The notes under the pieces are model-generated. The model was given only the letters and a program-made list of their open reading frames with translations. It was not told the DNA's origin and searched no databases. Positions 38,830 through 48,825 of a stretch of DNA of 64,000 nucleotides are shown piece by piece. Where the stretch lies: assembly GCA_965226025.1 (NCBI GenBank), contig CBDDCD010000001.1:970104-1034103 (forward strand), given 5' to 3'. Origin of the DNA: Candidatus Moanibacter sp. (GTDB lineage: Bacteria; Verrucomicrobiota; Verrucomicrobiia; Opitutales; UBA2987). Positions within the stretch are counted from its first letter, which is position 1, and every line of letters begins with the position of its first letter. The position numbers were made by a program, and so were the translations under genes.

Positions 38830-39074
38830 TCCACCAAGTTAGTCCCGCACAAGCGCTAATACGAATCCGGTTTGACCCGAAAAGCGAGCGAGACGCGGTG
38901 AGATCAATCGAACGCCTTTTCGCGAGTGGACCCAAGAAGGGCACTTACGGTCGCTTGCGCGATGTCACCGTCAGCCCGGACGGGCATCTCTACGTTACCA
39001 CCAGCAACACCGACCGGCGGGCAGAACTACGGCCCAGGGACGATAAAGTTTTGCGACTGAAGTTTGCGAAATAG
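38830..39074 (+). pseudogene. C-terminal remnant of a glucose/sorbosone (PQQ-type) dehydrogenase-like beta-propeller
   Basis: GRLRDVTVSPDGHLYVTTSNTD...DDKVLRL; the rest of the gene is missing. 5' boundary approximate. Confidence 0.65.
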
Positions 39075-39110
39075 AGTGGAACGCTACACTAGATGAGTGG
39101 CGACAGCAGG

Positions 39111-42100
39111 TCACATCTCTCTAGTTGAAATCTCAGTTTTCGCCTCCAAGGCAGGTTCGACATCTGGCGGGGCGCCGCCGGCGTTGATCTGCCAACGCCA
39201 ATAGGCATTCAGACCGCGCTTAATGTCTTCCACGATCATTGTGTTCACGGGAACCAGGAGCAAGGTAATGAAGGTAGCGAAGAGGACTCCCCAAGCCAAA
39301 GAAATCGCCATTGGCACCATGGATCTGGAACCTCGGCTCTGTTCGAACATGAGAGGAAGAAGCCCTGCAAAGGTGGTCAATGAGGTGAGGAGAATGGGCC
39401 GGAAACGACGCACACCCGCGATTCGAACGGCCGTTGCGATGGGATCTCCCGCTTCTAGGCGTGTGTTGATGAAGTGAACCAGGATCAGGCTGTCGTTGAC
39501 GACAACTCCGCAGAGGGCGAGAAAGCCCAATCGCGACAGCACATTGAAGGTCACGTCGTAATCCCAAAGCATCCCAAGAACCCAATCCATAATAGCGTGA
39601 CCCACAATCGCGCCGACCAGACCGAAGGGAATGATCGCCATCACAATCAAGGGTTTGACGTAGCTCCGAAAGGGAATCGCAAGGAGAACGTATAACCCGA
39701 TCAGTACAAGGGTCGTGTAGAATGCCATGTTTCTAGCATCTTCCTCGGCTTGGCGCGCGTTACCGGACCTCACGTATCCCATCCCCACATACTGGCTGGT
39801 TAGGTCCGGCAGGAATTCGGCCTCGAGTTCCTCGACGATAGCATCGACATCCAATTCATCGGACTCGGCATTTGACGTCACGGTCAGCTGCCGTTTTCGA
39901 TCAATTCGGCGGATCGACGGCAGACTCTTTCCGGGGTCTATTTCGGCTACTGTGTGAAAGGGCACCTCCCTACCGTCGGGAGCGCGAATCATCATGGAAT
40001 CCAATGTAGCCATCGATTTGCGTTGATCTTTCGGATACCTTACCATGACGCGAATATCATCACGCCCTCGCTGAATACGCTGCGCTTCGGCGCCAAAGAA
40101 GGCCTGACGAACCTGCCGGGCAAGATCGCGGGCAGCAATACCAAGATACTCGGCCTGCGGCTTTAGCGACAATTCGAACTCCGACTTCGCGCTTTCAAAT
40201 GAATCCGAGATTTCATTCAGGCCATCATACTCATCCAGTTTTGCCTGCAGCCGGCTGGAAGCGTCCTTCAGGTCACCAAAATCCGGGCTGGTTAGACGAA
40301 TGGAAACGCCTCTGCCCCCTCCGCGCCAAAATCCGATCGAGAGCCGTTCGGCATCTGGTATCGGGCCAATAGCCCTCCTCAATTCCCCTGACGCAATCCT
40401 ACTGCCGAAATCTACGCCATGTTCCTCCTCGGGCGTCAATTCGACGACAAGCTCACCAAGTTCCGGAACACCCACCGCCCGCCGACCCCAGCTGCGGCCC
40501 ATGGGCTGTCCTCCCGAGGTGGCGAAGATATTGCGGACAACCTCCTTCCCGTGCTTCTTGTTCACGCGTTCCCTATAATCAAGGGCAATTTCCTCCATCC
40601 GTCTGATATGCGCGTCCGTTACTTCGAATGGCGTCCCTGAAGGCATTCTTAATCGGATAGTCACTTGATCCCTGGGAATCCTGGGATAGCGGCTGGACTC
40701 GATCCGGTTCGTCTGGACAAGACTCCAGGCGATCGCCAGAACTCCGATGAAAATAGAAAGGGTCAAGTAGCGGTGCTTCAGGCTCTTCTCCAGGAGCGGC
40801 CGATAAAACCGGTGGATAAATATCTCCAGACCGTCTGCGACAGAACGCTGCAAGCGCGACAGAGCATTCAACCGCCCCTGGTGGGCAGGGTCCCGACCCA
40901 AGTTCTTACAGTGCTTCAGATGGGCGGGAAGGATAAGCTTGGATTCCACAAGCGAGAATAGCAGCACAGCAATAACCACGAACGAAATCTGCTTGAGGTT
41001 ATTACCCATCCATCCAGTCATGGCCTGCAGTGGATAGAAGGCTACTACGGTGGTGATGACTCCAAAGATCACCGGGACCGCGACTTCCTGAGTTCCGCAA
41101 ATAGAGGCGTCAAGTGGAGCATCTCCCCTCTGCATGTGGTGAAACACATTCTCTCCCGTAACGATGGCATCATCAACCACGATGCCGAGCACCAGAATGA
41201 AGGCAAAGAGAGTGCTGAGATTCAAAGATACCCCCCAGAGGTAGAAGACAATAAACGATCCCGAAAACGCCACCGGGATTCCCAGACTTACCCAAAATGC
41301 CAGAACCGGCCGCAAGAACATCGACAGAATGATGAGGACGAGCAGGAAGCCAAAGATGGCACTCCCGGCCAGCGTCGAGAGTCGCTGTTTCACGCGCTCC
41401 GAGTCATCCGACCAGTAGCTGAGTTCGATTCCTGGCGGCATCCCTACCTGGGCTTTCTCTAAGTAATCTTTCACCTCATCGGCCAGGACGATCAGGTTCT
41501 GATCACCCGCTCGAAAGACATCCAGGACAACAGATCTCTTGCCATTGAAATTGGAGATGAGCGGCGTCTCCTCAAATCCATCCATGACCTTGGCCACCTC
41601 ACCCAATGTCAAGCGGGTGCCGTCCTCCTCTGACAGGACGACGATCTTGGAAAAGTCATCGAAATCATAGGCCTGATTTGAAGTTCGTAAAAGAATGTCT
41701 CCACCTTCTGTCCGGATGCTTCCCGCGGATAGATTGATGGAGGATTCTCGCACCGACCGCACAATCTGATCGAAAGTGAGTCCGTGCCGCTTTAAAATCG
41801 TTTCCGAAACCTCGATTCCGATTTCATAGGCCCGGGAGACCTTCAAATCCACCATGGTGATGCTGGGCAAGCCGAGGAGATCGTCGCGAACATTTTCGGC
41901 CAACCGCTTGAGATCGAATTCGTTCAAACTCCCAGATATGACCACCGCCATCAAACGTTCGTTGTAGCTCTGCATGTTGACTCGAGGGCGTTCTGCCTCA
42001 ATCGGAAACGTGTTGATGGAATCGACGCGATCCTTCACCTGATCGAGCACTTCGCCCATTTCGAATCCATCCTCGATTTCCAACGTCACCGACCCGGAAC

Positions 42101-42374
42101 CTTCGTTGGCTAGGCTGGTCATCTCCTTTATCCCAGCGACGTCGAAGACGGCTTCTTCGATACGCATGACAATTGACTCCTCGACTTCCGCCGGCGTCGA
42201 ACCACGGTATGCCACCCAGATATCAATGTTGCGGTGCGGATAATCGGGCCATTCCCGCAGCACTACTTTGTTGAACGCAATGTAGCCACCCACAATCAGG
42301 ATGGCGAACATCAGGATGTTGGCCGCCACTCCATTTCTGGCGAACCATGCGATGACGCTATTCATCGCCAACAA
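39111..42374 (-). CDS. RND efflux permease (AcrB/AcrD/AcrF family)
   Basis: 1087 aa; GIVVDDAIVTGEN, GVVVNDSL, RFRPILLTSLTTFAGL. Confidence 0.96.
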   Translation of the reverse strand: MLAMNSVIAWFARNGVAANILMFAILIVGGYIAFNKVVLREWPDYPHRNIDIWVAYRGSTPAEVEESIVMRIEEAVFDVAGIKEMTSLANEGSGSVTLEIEDGFEMGEVLDQVKDRVDSINTFPIEAERPRVNMQSYNERLMAVVISGSLNEFDLKRLAENVRDDLLGLPSITMVDLKVSRAYEIGIEVSETILKRHGLTFDQIVRSVRESSINLSAGSIRTEGGDILLRTSNQAYDFDDFSKIVVLSEEDGTRLTLGEVAKVMDGFEETPLISNFNGKRSVVLDVFRAGDQNLIVLADEVKDYLEKAQVGMPPGIELSYWSDDSERVKQRLSTLAGSAIFGFLLVLIILSMFLRPVLAFWVSLGIPVAFSGSFIVFYLWGVSLNLSTLFAFILVLGIVVDDAIVTGENVFHHMQRGDAPLDASICGTQEVAVPVIFGVITTVVAFYPLQAMTGWMGNNLKQISFVVIAVLLFSLVESKLILPAHLKHCKNLGRDPAHQGRLNALSRLQRSVADGLEIFIHRFYRPLLEKSLKHRYLTLSIFIGVLAIAWSLVQTNRIESSRYPRIPRDQVTIRLRMPSGTPFEVTDAHIRRMEEIALDYRERVNKKHGKEVVRNIFATSGGQPMGRSWGRRAVGVPELGELVVELTPEEEHGVDFGSRIASGELRRAIGPIPDAERLSIGFWRGGGRGVSIRLTSPDFGDLKDASSRLQAKLDEYDGLNEISDSFESAKSEFELSLKPQAEYLGIAARDLARQVRQAFFGAEAQRIQRGRDDIRVMVRYPKDQRKSMATLDSMMIRAPDGREVPFHTVAEIDPGKSLPSIRRIDRKRQLTVTSNAESDELDVDAIVEELEAEFLPDLTSQYVGMGYVRSGNARQAEEDARNMAFYTTLVLIGLYVLLAIPFRSYVKPLIVMAIIPFGLVGAIVGHAIMDWVLGMLWDYDVTFNVLSRLGFLALCGVVVNDSLILVHFINTRLEAGDPIATAVRIAGVRRFRPILLTSLTTFAGLLPLMFEQSRGSRSMVPMAISLAWGVLFATFITLLLVPVNTMIVEDIKRGLNAYWRWQINAGGAPPDVEPALEAKTEISTREM

Positions 42375-43557
42375 CGCTCGTCAATTGGTCACCCTTCTCG
42401 GGAACCACGGCAACGATTATACCGTCGACGGGAAAGCTCAGGGGCGTGAGGCAGAGGCGGTCGCCGTCGCCCAGACCACTGCGAATCGCGAGATTCTCCT
42501 CATCCCCCCACTCAACCTCGATCGACCGAAGACGCAGCTTATCGTCCCCATCGACGGTCAAGACATACTCGTTCTTGCGGTAATACTTCCGGGCAATGAC
42601 ATAGACATCATTCAGAACCACACCCTTGATGGTCGCCTCCACGAAAGAGCCCACTTTCAAAGGGGGCCGCCCGTCAGCTTGCTTGCCGTAAGGATTGTCA
42701 ACCTGAGCGATGACAAAGAGCTGACGGGAGCGACGGTCCAGAGCGCCTTCGGCGCGCACTATACGACCCGACCAGACATAGGACTCCGAACCGAGCGTTG
42801 AAACCAAGGCGACCTCGGGTCCGACGGAAGATTGAGGGAACTCGCCGTGATACAACTCCGGAACATTGACGTAGGCTAACTGTCGCCCGCTTAGCGGCAG
42901 CCGAATTTCGGCATAGTCCACCGCATATATCCGAGCCAGAATACTTCCGGTGGCGACGTATTGGCCTACGTCGACGTTCTTGGAGAGGATACGACCGACG
43001 AAAGGCGCTGAAATTCGGGTGCGCTCAAGGTTGAGTTTCGCGTTAGCCAGGCGCGCTTCGGCCCAGGTCACATTCGACCTGGCCTGTTTTAATTGGGGCC
43101 TACGAAGAACGAGATCGGATGCTTCAGTGTCCGGCTGCAATCGTCCCCAATCCAACCGTGCCTGTTCGGCGCTCGCCTCCTCCTGAGCCAACTCAAATTC
43201 CGCTTGGGCGAGAATGGCATTTGCCTCCGCTACGACGGTCTCGTAATCTCTGGGATCGATCTCCAGCAGCACATCCCCGGCCTGGAAGAAACCGCCGGCT
43301 CGGAAAGGATCGGAGATAGTCAACACCTTGCCGCGCACCTCGGAGACCAAGGTGCTCTCGGTCCGAGCCTGAACTGTACCTTGAGTCTTTAGCCAAACCT
43401 GGTAGGGAACCCTCGAAATAGGGACCACTTTTACTTTTTGAATGGACTCTCGTTTGGGTGACTTTTCCGGCTCCGGCTCAGTCCAGAAAAGCAGGAAACA
43501 GATCCCGTATGTTATCCCCAAAACAGCGAGCGGGGGCAATATGCGCAGAACTCTCAT
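42358..43557 (-). CDS. RND membrane fusion protein (periplasmic adaptor)
   Basis: N-terminal TM anchor, EVRGKV, GDVLLEID, coiled coil, RISAPFVGRI. Confidence 0.95.
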   Translation of the reverse strand: MRVLRILPPLAVLGITYGICFLLFWTEPEPEKSPKRESIQKVKVVPISRVPYQVWLKTQGTVQARTESTLVSEVRGKVLTISDPFRAGGFFQAGDVLLEIDPRDYETVVAEANAILAQAEFELAQEEASAEQARLDWGRLQPDTEASDLVLRRPQLKQARSNVTWAEARLANAKLNLERTRISAPFVGRILSKNVDVGQYVATGSILARIYAVDYAEIRLPLSGRQLAYVNVPELYHGEFPQSSVGPEVALVSTLGSESYVWSGRIVRAEGALDRRSRQLFVIAQVDNPYGKQADGRPPLKVGSFVEATIKGVVLNDVYVIARKYYRKNEYVLTVDGDDKLRLRSIEVEWGDEENLAIRSGLGDGDRLCLTPLSFPVDGIIVAVVPEKGDQLTSVVGDE

Positions 43558-43855
43558 TGAGAATATTCAGGTTTTGCAGTCCTAGGGAAGTCGAGAGTTT
43601 CAGATGCAAAAGTGTAGTGGCCAAGCAAACGAAACTGAGACGTTAGGGGTAGGATCAATTAAACTATCGACCTCTGGAGTTTCCGAACGAATGTTCATAC
43701 CATCCTGCTCTCCGTTTTGGCAATCGTTTTCCGCGGTGTTCGGTGAAGGCGGCCGAAGTATCCGTTTAGCGTCCTGCTTGCTATTGGCTCCTCCGGCCCA
43801 AGACCAGGGGAGCCCATGGCAGGTGCGGCGGTCAATACTGCAGGAAGTCACCCTA

Positions 43856-44938
43856 TCACACGTGGAATATGTAAAGACCCCGATCCTGCAACGGTAGGTC
43901 AATCCAAGTGCCGCCGTTTCGATGGCTTTCGGCCACTCCGAAACAGGCCTCGGTCACATGGTGTGCAATATCGACATGTCCCAGAGTCGGTTGGCCTGTC
44001 TCGTAGGCAGACACCAGGTCCTCGAGACACATGACCACTGGGCTTAGCGGTTTCTGGTTTGGAAACCCGACCTCATCCCATCCCTGCCGGCGTCCCACCA
44101 TGGCGCCCGGTTTGCGCAGGAGGGTCCCGGCGCCGTTATTGATTGAACGAATCGTTCCCGCCGTCCCGATCACTTCGAATTCCCAACCTCCGGCCGAAAT
44201 TGAGCACGCCTCAACTTCATTTGAAAAGCGCAGTTGATAGACGGCATTGGGATCTCGGGCCAGGTGATCGTTCTCGATCCGGAGGTCCCTGGGCAGCAGA
44301 TCACCCCTCACCGCCTCAATGCTCGGATCGCCCAGGAGGAAGGACACTGTATCGATCGAATGGATATGCCCGTGCATCAAGGTCGAAGGAGCAAAGTGCA
44401 CGACTGCAAGGGGCTCGCCGATCTCACCAGTGGCAATGGCGTCCCGCACCGCGTGATAGGCCGAATCGAAACGCCGAAGGACCCCAGTGTTGAATACCGT
44501 ACCATTCTTTTTCACAGCCTCGAGGATTACATCAGCTTGGGCTAGTGAACTCGCCATCGCCTTCTCGACGTAGAGCATAGGCACGCCGAGATTCGCCAGC
44601 GAGACGGTGAGTTCGGCATGCGAATCTCCACGAAAACCGGCATCAGGAGCCTCATTGGCTGGTTTTTGCAGACCGGATGCGGTCGTGCAAACCGCCACCA
44701 GGTCCAGCTCTTCCTTTTCCACCATCATTCGGTAGTCCTCGTAGACCGCGTCCACACCCCAGCGGTCCCGAAAGGCATCACGTTTCTCGGCCTGGAGATC
44801 GGCCCCAGCTGCCAGCGTCAACCGATCGGATGCCCGACAGCAGGCGGCAATCGAGTACGGCTCTCTGCTGTGCCCCTCATCGTCGATGGTGCTCCCCATC
44901 CTCCCGAGTCCAATGATTCCTACACGGTATGTCTTCAT
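43856..44938 (-). CDS. Gfo/Idh/MocA family oxidoreductase
   Basis: GIIGLGRMG, DLVAVCT, YVEKAMA. Confidence 0.88.
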   Translation of the reverse strand: MKTYRVGIIGLGRMGSTIDDEGHSREPYSIAACCRASDRLTLAAGADLQAEKRDAFRDRWGVDAVYEDYRMMVEKEELDLVAVCTTASGLQKPANEAPDAGFRGDSHAELTVSLANLGVPMLYVEKAMASSLAQADVILEAVKKNGTVFNTGVLRRFDSAYHAVRDAIATGEIGEPLAVVHFAPSTLMHGHIHSIDTVSFLLGDPSIEAVRGDLLPRDLRIENDHLARDPNAVYQLRFSNEVEACSISAGGWEFEVIGTAGTIRSINNGAGTLLRKPGAMVGRRQGWDEVGFPNQKPLSPVVMCLEDLVSAYETGQPTLGHVDIAHHVTEACFGVAESHRNGGTWIDLPLQDRGLYIFHV

Positions 44939-45290
44939 TCCGTTGTTATGAATGGGGGGGGCTGGTCAGTAAACAGAAATCCGGAGGAAGGGTTCAGAGC
45001 CCGGGTTCCCGTTTCAGGTGTTTGTCGCTCAAATCGCCCTCTTCCTCTTCGTCATCCTCTTTCTCCTCGTTCTCGTGGTGAAACTTAAGCATCCGCTGTC
45101 GCACCCGCCCAGAGGGACTATGATGTGCCAAGGATAAAAGGTAACGTGCTTCTCTCTGTGTGTGATTCGTGCCTCGAAATGGAATCTTCGATTAACCCAC
45201 GGAAGACTGCGTTTCAAGGATCACCAAAGGCCCTGGAGTTCGCATGAGTTTTGAAGTTCCAGACTAGATCCCGTGAATGCATATCGCCAG

Positions 45291-45974
45291 TCACTCGAAT
45301 TGCTTTCGTAGGCTCTCGAAGTCCTCCCTTAGTTGATCGAGGGACGCTCGCTGAGCCGCCACTTCTTCCTTAAGGCAGGCCAATTGCGCCGCAAGGCCGA
45401 GTGTGTTTTCCTCCGGTAAAGCGAGATCCTCTGATTCTAGTTCCCCTGTTGCCGTTTCCGCTCCTCCTTCGTCGGCGGGACCCGATAGAAGGTGAGTATA
45501 GCGCCGTTCCTTTTGGCCAGGCCGCCTGGCGAGAAGCGCCACCAACGGTTCGGGGGTGATGTCGGCGAGTCCTGAGATCGCGGCCTCGGTTTCCTCAATG
45601 TCCTGAAATGCGTAGCTCCTTTCGCAGCGAGTACGAATCTCGCCAAGCGTCTGCGGCCCACGCAGGAGGAGGACCATGAGGATCGCGAGTTCCCTCGGTT
45701 CGACAGGAAAATGTCTGGTGAATGCATGCCTGAATTTCGCTACCCTCGAGCCCGCAACGTCGACTCGAACAGCGAGATGTCTCTCCCTCAACCCTTCAAT
45801 GGTCTTAAACACCGTATCCTCTTCAAGGGACATTACAGGGTCGCGGTTGCTCTTCTGGTTACAAGCGGACACCAAGCTGTTGAGGGTGAGCGGATAGTAG
45901 TCGGGGGTGGTCATCTCTTTTTCGAGCAGACACCCCAGTACACGCGCTTCGCACAACGAAAGTTTCCAGTCCAT
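45291..45974 (-). CDS. YceH/DUF480 family protein
   Basis: EARVLGCLLEKEMTTPDYYPLTLNSL...CNQKSNRDPVM, LLLRGPQTLGEIR. Confidence 0.93.
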   Translation of the reverse strand: MDWKLSLCEARVLGCLLEKEMTTPDYYPLTLNSLVSACNQKSNRDPVMSLEEDTVFKTIEGLRERHLAVRVDVAGSRVAKFRHAFTRHFPVEPRELAILMVLLLRGPQTLGEIRTRCERSYAFQDIEETEAAISGLADITPEPLVALLARRPGQKERRYTHLLSGPADEGGAETATGELESEDLALPEENTLGLAAQLACLKEEVAAQRASLDQLREDFESLRKQFE

Positions 45975-46111
45975 TTGCTATCAAGCATAACCGTGGCGCC
46001 CCACCTAAGAAAGCCAATTCCGTGTTTACGGTTTTCGACTCACTTTCTCCCTCCCCTACTCTTGACTCCGACCAGCATGCAGAGAAGCTCTGAGGCATAT
46101 CAGTACGAGAT

Positions 46112-47278
46112 TTGAAGATCGCGGACATAGACACATTTATTGTAGGAAATCCCTGGAAGAACTGGGTCTTCGTCAAACTACACACTGACGAAGGATTGTA
46201 CGGCATCGGGGAAGCCACTGCGCACCGGAAGGCGAAGTCAATTGAAGCAGCCGTCCTGGAGTACCGGCGCTACTATCTGGGCCGAGATCCATTTGACCTT
46301 GAAGAGATCAACTACGACTTGACCAAAAATGGTGCACCTGGTCCAGTGCGGGCCGCGGTCGACATCGCATGCTGGGACATCATGGGCAAGGCCCTTGGGC
46401 AACCGGTTTACAATCTGTTAGGTGGAAAATTCCGGCAGAGCGTGAGGGCCTACGCCAAAGGGTGGTACCAGGTCGACCGGGATCCCGATGCATTCGCCGA
46501 GCGCGCTCTGGCGGTTGTGAGAAAAGGGTATGGGGCGATGAAGTTCGACCCGTTCGGGACCGCCTTCGAAAGAATCTCGCATGAAGAACTAGAGCGGTCA
46601 ATTCGCATAGTGGAGGCCGTCAGAAAGGCGGTGGGACCGGATATCGAAGTCTTTATTGAATGCCACGGGCGGTTCAATTCCTCGTTAGGGGTCAAGATCG
46701 GCCACCGTCTCGAAGCTTCCGATCCGGGTTGGCTTAAGGAACCGGTTCGTTCATCACAAACCGAAGACCTCGCCGCGATCGCATCCAGTATCTCGATTCC
46801 GGTGGCCGCAGGCGAGAGTTTGGAAGGGGTCGATGCCTTTCTAGGACTAATGTCGCGGCGAGCAGTGCGAGTGATTCAGCCTGATCCCATAACCTGCGGG
46901 GGCATATCCGAGCTCAAGAAGATCTGTGCCATAGCGCAAGCCCACCATGTCGATGTGGCGCCACACAATGCGCAGGGACCGGTCTGCACCGCTGCATGCC
47001 TCCATATAGATGCTTCCACCCCGAACGTATTGATCCAAGAGGTCTTCGAGGACTTCGCTACTCCTTTCGCGCAGAAGATAACCGACAACCCGATGCAGTG
47101 TGAGTCGGGCGAGATCGTGATTCCAGATCGTCACGGCCTTGGGCTTGATCTCGACGAAACAGAAATGGCCAAATATCCCTACGATGAATCCCACTTTCTG
47201 GACATGTATGGGAAAGAAGGCTGGAAAAAGCGGAATCTCTCCCCGAAGGTGAAGACCCATCATGAGACAGAAGAATAA
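46112..47278 (+). CDS. Enolase-superfamily dehydratase (galactonate-dehydratase-like)
   Basis: WKNWVFVKL.TDEG..GIGEA, WDIMGK, KFDPF, ECHGRF, KEP, AGE, APHN. Confidence 0.9.
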   Translation: MKIADIDTFIVGNPWKNWVFVKLHTDEGLYGIGEATAHRKAKSIEAAVLEYRRYYLGRDPFDLEEINYDLTKNGAPGPVRAAVDIACWDIMGKALGQPVYNLLGGKFRQSVRAYAKGWYQVDRDPDAFAERALAVVRKGYGAMKFDPFGTAFERISHEELERSIRIVEAVRKAVGPDIEVFIECHGRFNSSLGVKIGHRLEASDPGWLKEPVRSSQTEDLAAIASSISIPVAAGESLEGVDAFLGLMSRRAVRVIQPDPITCGGISELKKICAIAQAHHVDVAPHNAQGPVCTAACLHIDASTPNVLIQEVFEDFATPFAQKITDNPMQCESGEIVIPDRHGLGLDLDETEMAKYPYDESHFLDMYGKEGWKKRNLSPKVKTHHETEE

Positions 47279-47280
47279 CC

Positions 47281-48195
47281 ATGGCCGGCCAACACTTTCG
47301 CGGAATATTCACTATACCAACGACTCCGTTTGATCCGAACGGGGAGATCGACGAACCGAGTTTTCGCCGCTGTATTGACTTCTGCCTGGAATGTGGTGCA
47401 CACGGCCTGGTCTACCCGGTCAACGCGAGCTCTTTCTCAACCCTTTCGGACGATGAGCGCAAATCCATGTCCGAGGTCCTGGTCCAGCAAACCGGCGGGA
47501 GGATTCCAGTTATCATCGGAGTCCAGCACCTCTCCGGACAGGCGGCCGCGAAGATGGCGGATCATGCGAGGCAGATCGGTGCAGACGGCGTCATTGCGAT
47601 GCCGCCCTACGCCTGGAAGAAGCAACCCTCGACGGAGGCAATCTACGACTACTACCGCATGATTTCTGAAGCGGCGCAGCTTCCCGTTATTGTGCAAAAC
47701 AACCCGCCCCCGATCGGTATCGTAATGTCTCCGGAATTCCTCATGCGACTTTGCGACGAGATCGAGCACGTCGCGTATATCAAGGAGGAAGTGCCGCCGT
47801 CCACCGTGAACACGTCTCGAGTCCTCAAACTGAATACAGGGTCCTGCAAAGGAGTGATGGGTGGAGCAGGCGGAAGATATCTAATTGAGGAATATCGACG
47901 AGGGGCCTGCGGAAATATGCCGGGTTGTCATGTTACCGATGTCGTCGTATCCTTCTGGCAGGCCCTTGGAGATGGCCTGGAGGAAGATGCCATGCGCATC
48001 TACCAGGCCTTGGCGCCTCTCTACTTTTTCGAAACCCAGCTCCCCGGTTCCTACAATGAGGTCCTCTACCGTCGCGGAGTGATCGACTGTCCCGCCCAAC
48101 GCAATGGGAAAGTGCCAATCGACGACGTCTCATCGGATTATCTTGATGAGATCCTTGGAGATCTAGATACTTATATGAGTTGGGAGGGTGATTGA
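47281..48195 (+). CDS. DHDPS/NAL-family aldolase
   Basis: TPFD..GEID, MPPY, YIKEE Schiff-base lysine; immediately follows the dehydratase. Confidence 0.88.
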   Translation: MAGQHFRGIFTIPTTPFDPNGEIDEPSFRRCIDFCLECGAHGLVYPVNASSFSTLSDDERKSMSEVLVQQTGGRIPVIIGVQHLSGQAAAKMADHARQIGADGVIAMPPYAWKKQPSTEAIYDYYRMISEAAQLPVIVQNNPPPIGIVMSPEFLMRLCDEIEHVAYIKEEVPPSTVNTSRVLKLNTGSCKGVMGGAGGRYLIEEYRRGACGNMPGCHVTDVVVSFWQALGDGLEEDAMRIYQALAPLYFFETQLPGSYNEVLYRRGVIDCPAQRNGKVPIDDVSSDYLDEILGDLDTYMSWEGD

Positions 48196-48825
48196 AAGCA
48201 ACAGATGTGGGACAAGTTTTGGGAGCGAGATTCGAGACAAGGGTACCAGGGTAATCGGAGCTACATTCTCAATTCGATAGACGGTATCCTCGCTGTGAAC
48301 CAGTTCGGTGGGACTTCGACATAAGCTCAGTGGAGTCGGTCACTGCATCCAGATTCGCAATTCAGCTGAGCTAACCTCGTACCGAACCTTGTTCCGAATC
48401 TTGTCCATTTGGATGCGGCCTCGCCTATCTAGCCCGGACATCTTACACACCTTGTCGCGAGACCAAGAGCGTCCGATTGGGTAGAGATGGTTGCAGTGCT
48501 GGTGGTCTGTTCACTGTGACTTGAGGTCGTCGGTTCCAATTGCTACCAGTGGATCGCTGTCCACCGTTCCGATGCTGTAAAATGTTGAAGTACATACGAC
48601 TACGGCGGGACAACAGACCGATCACCAAAGAATCGTGGAGTTCGCTCGCGAACGATCTGCCTATTCGGTTTTCCCGGCCCGTTCATCCCGCTCAAGCGAG
48701 GTCCACCATCTCTCAGTCCTGCGCTATATCTCTGATGGATAACATCCATGACCGAAGCCTTGAAATCCGAATCCAGTTCACCGTATTCTGCCCAGAATCG
48801 TGAAACACCCACTCATGACCCCTCG

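Noticed and set aside
48200-48740. Hidden gene or ncRNA in the 540-bp gap before ABC-F
   Set aside because: No convincing reading frame, motif or strong structure was found by eye.
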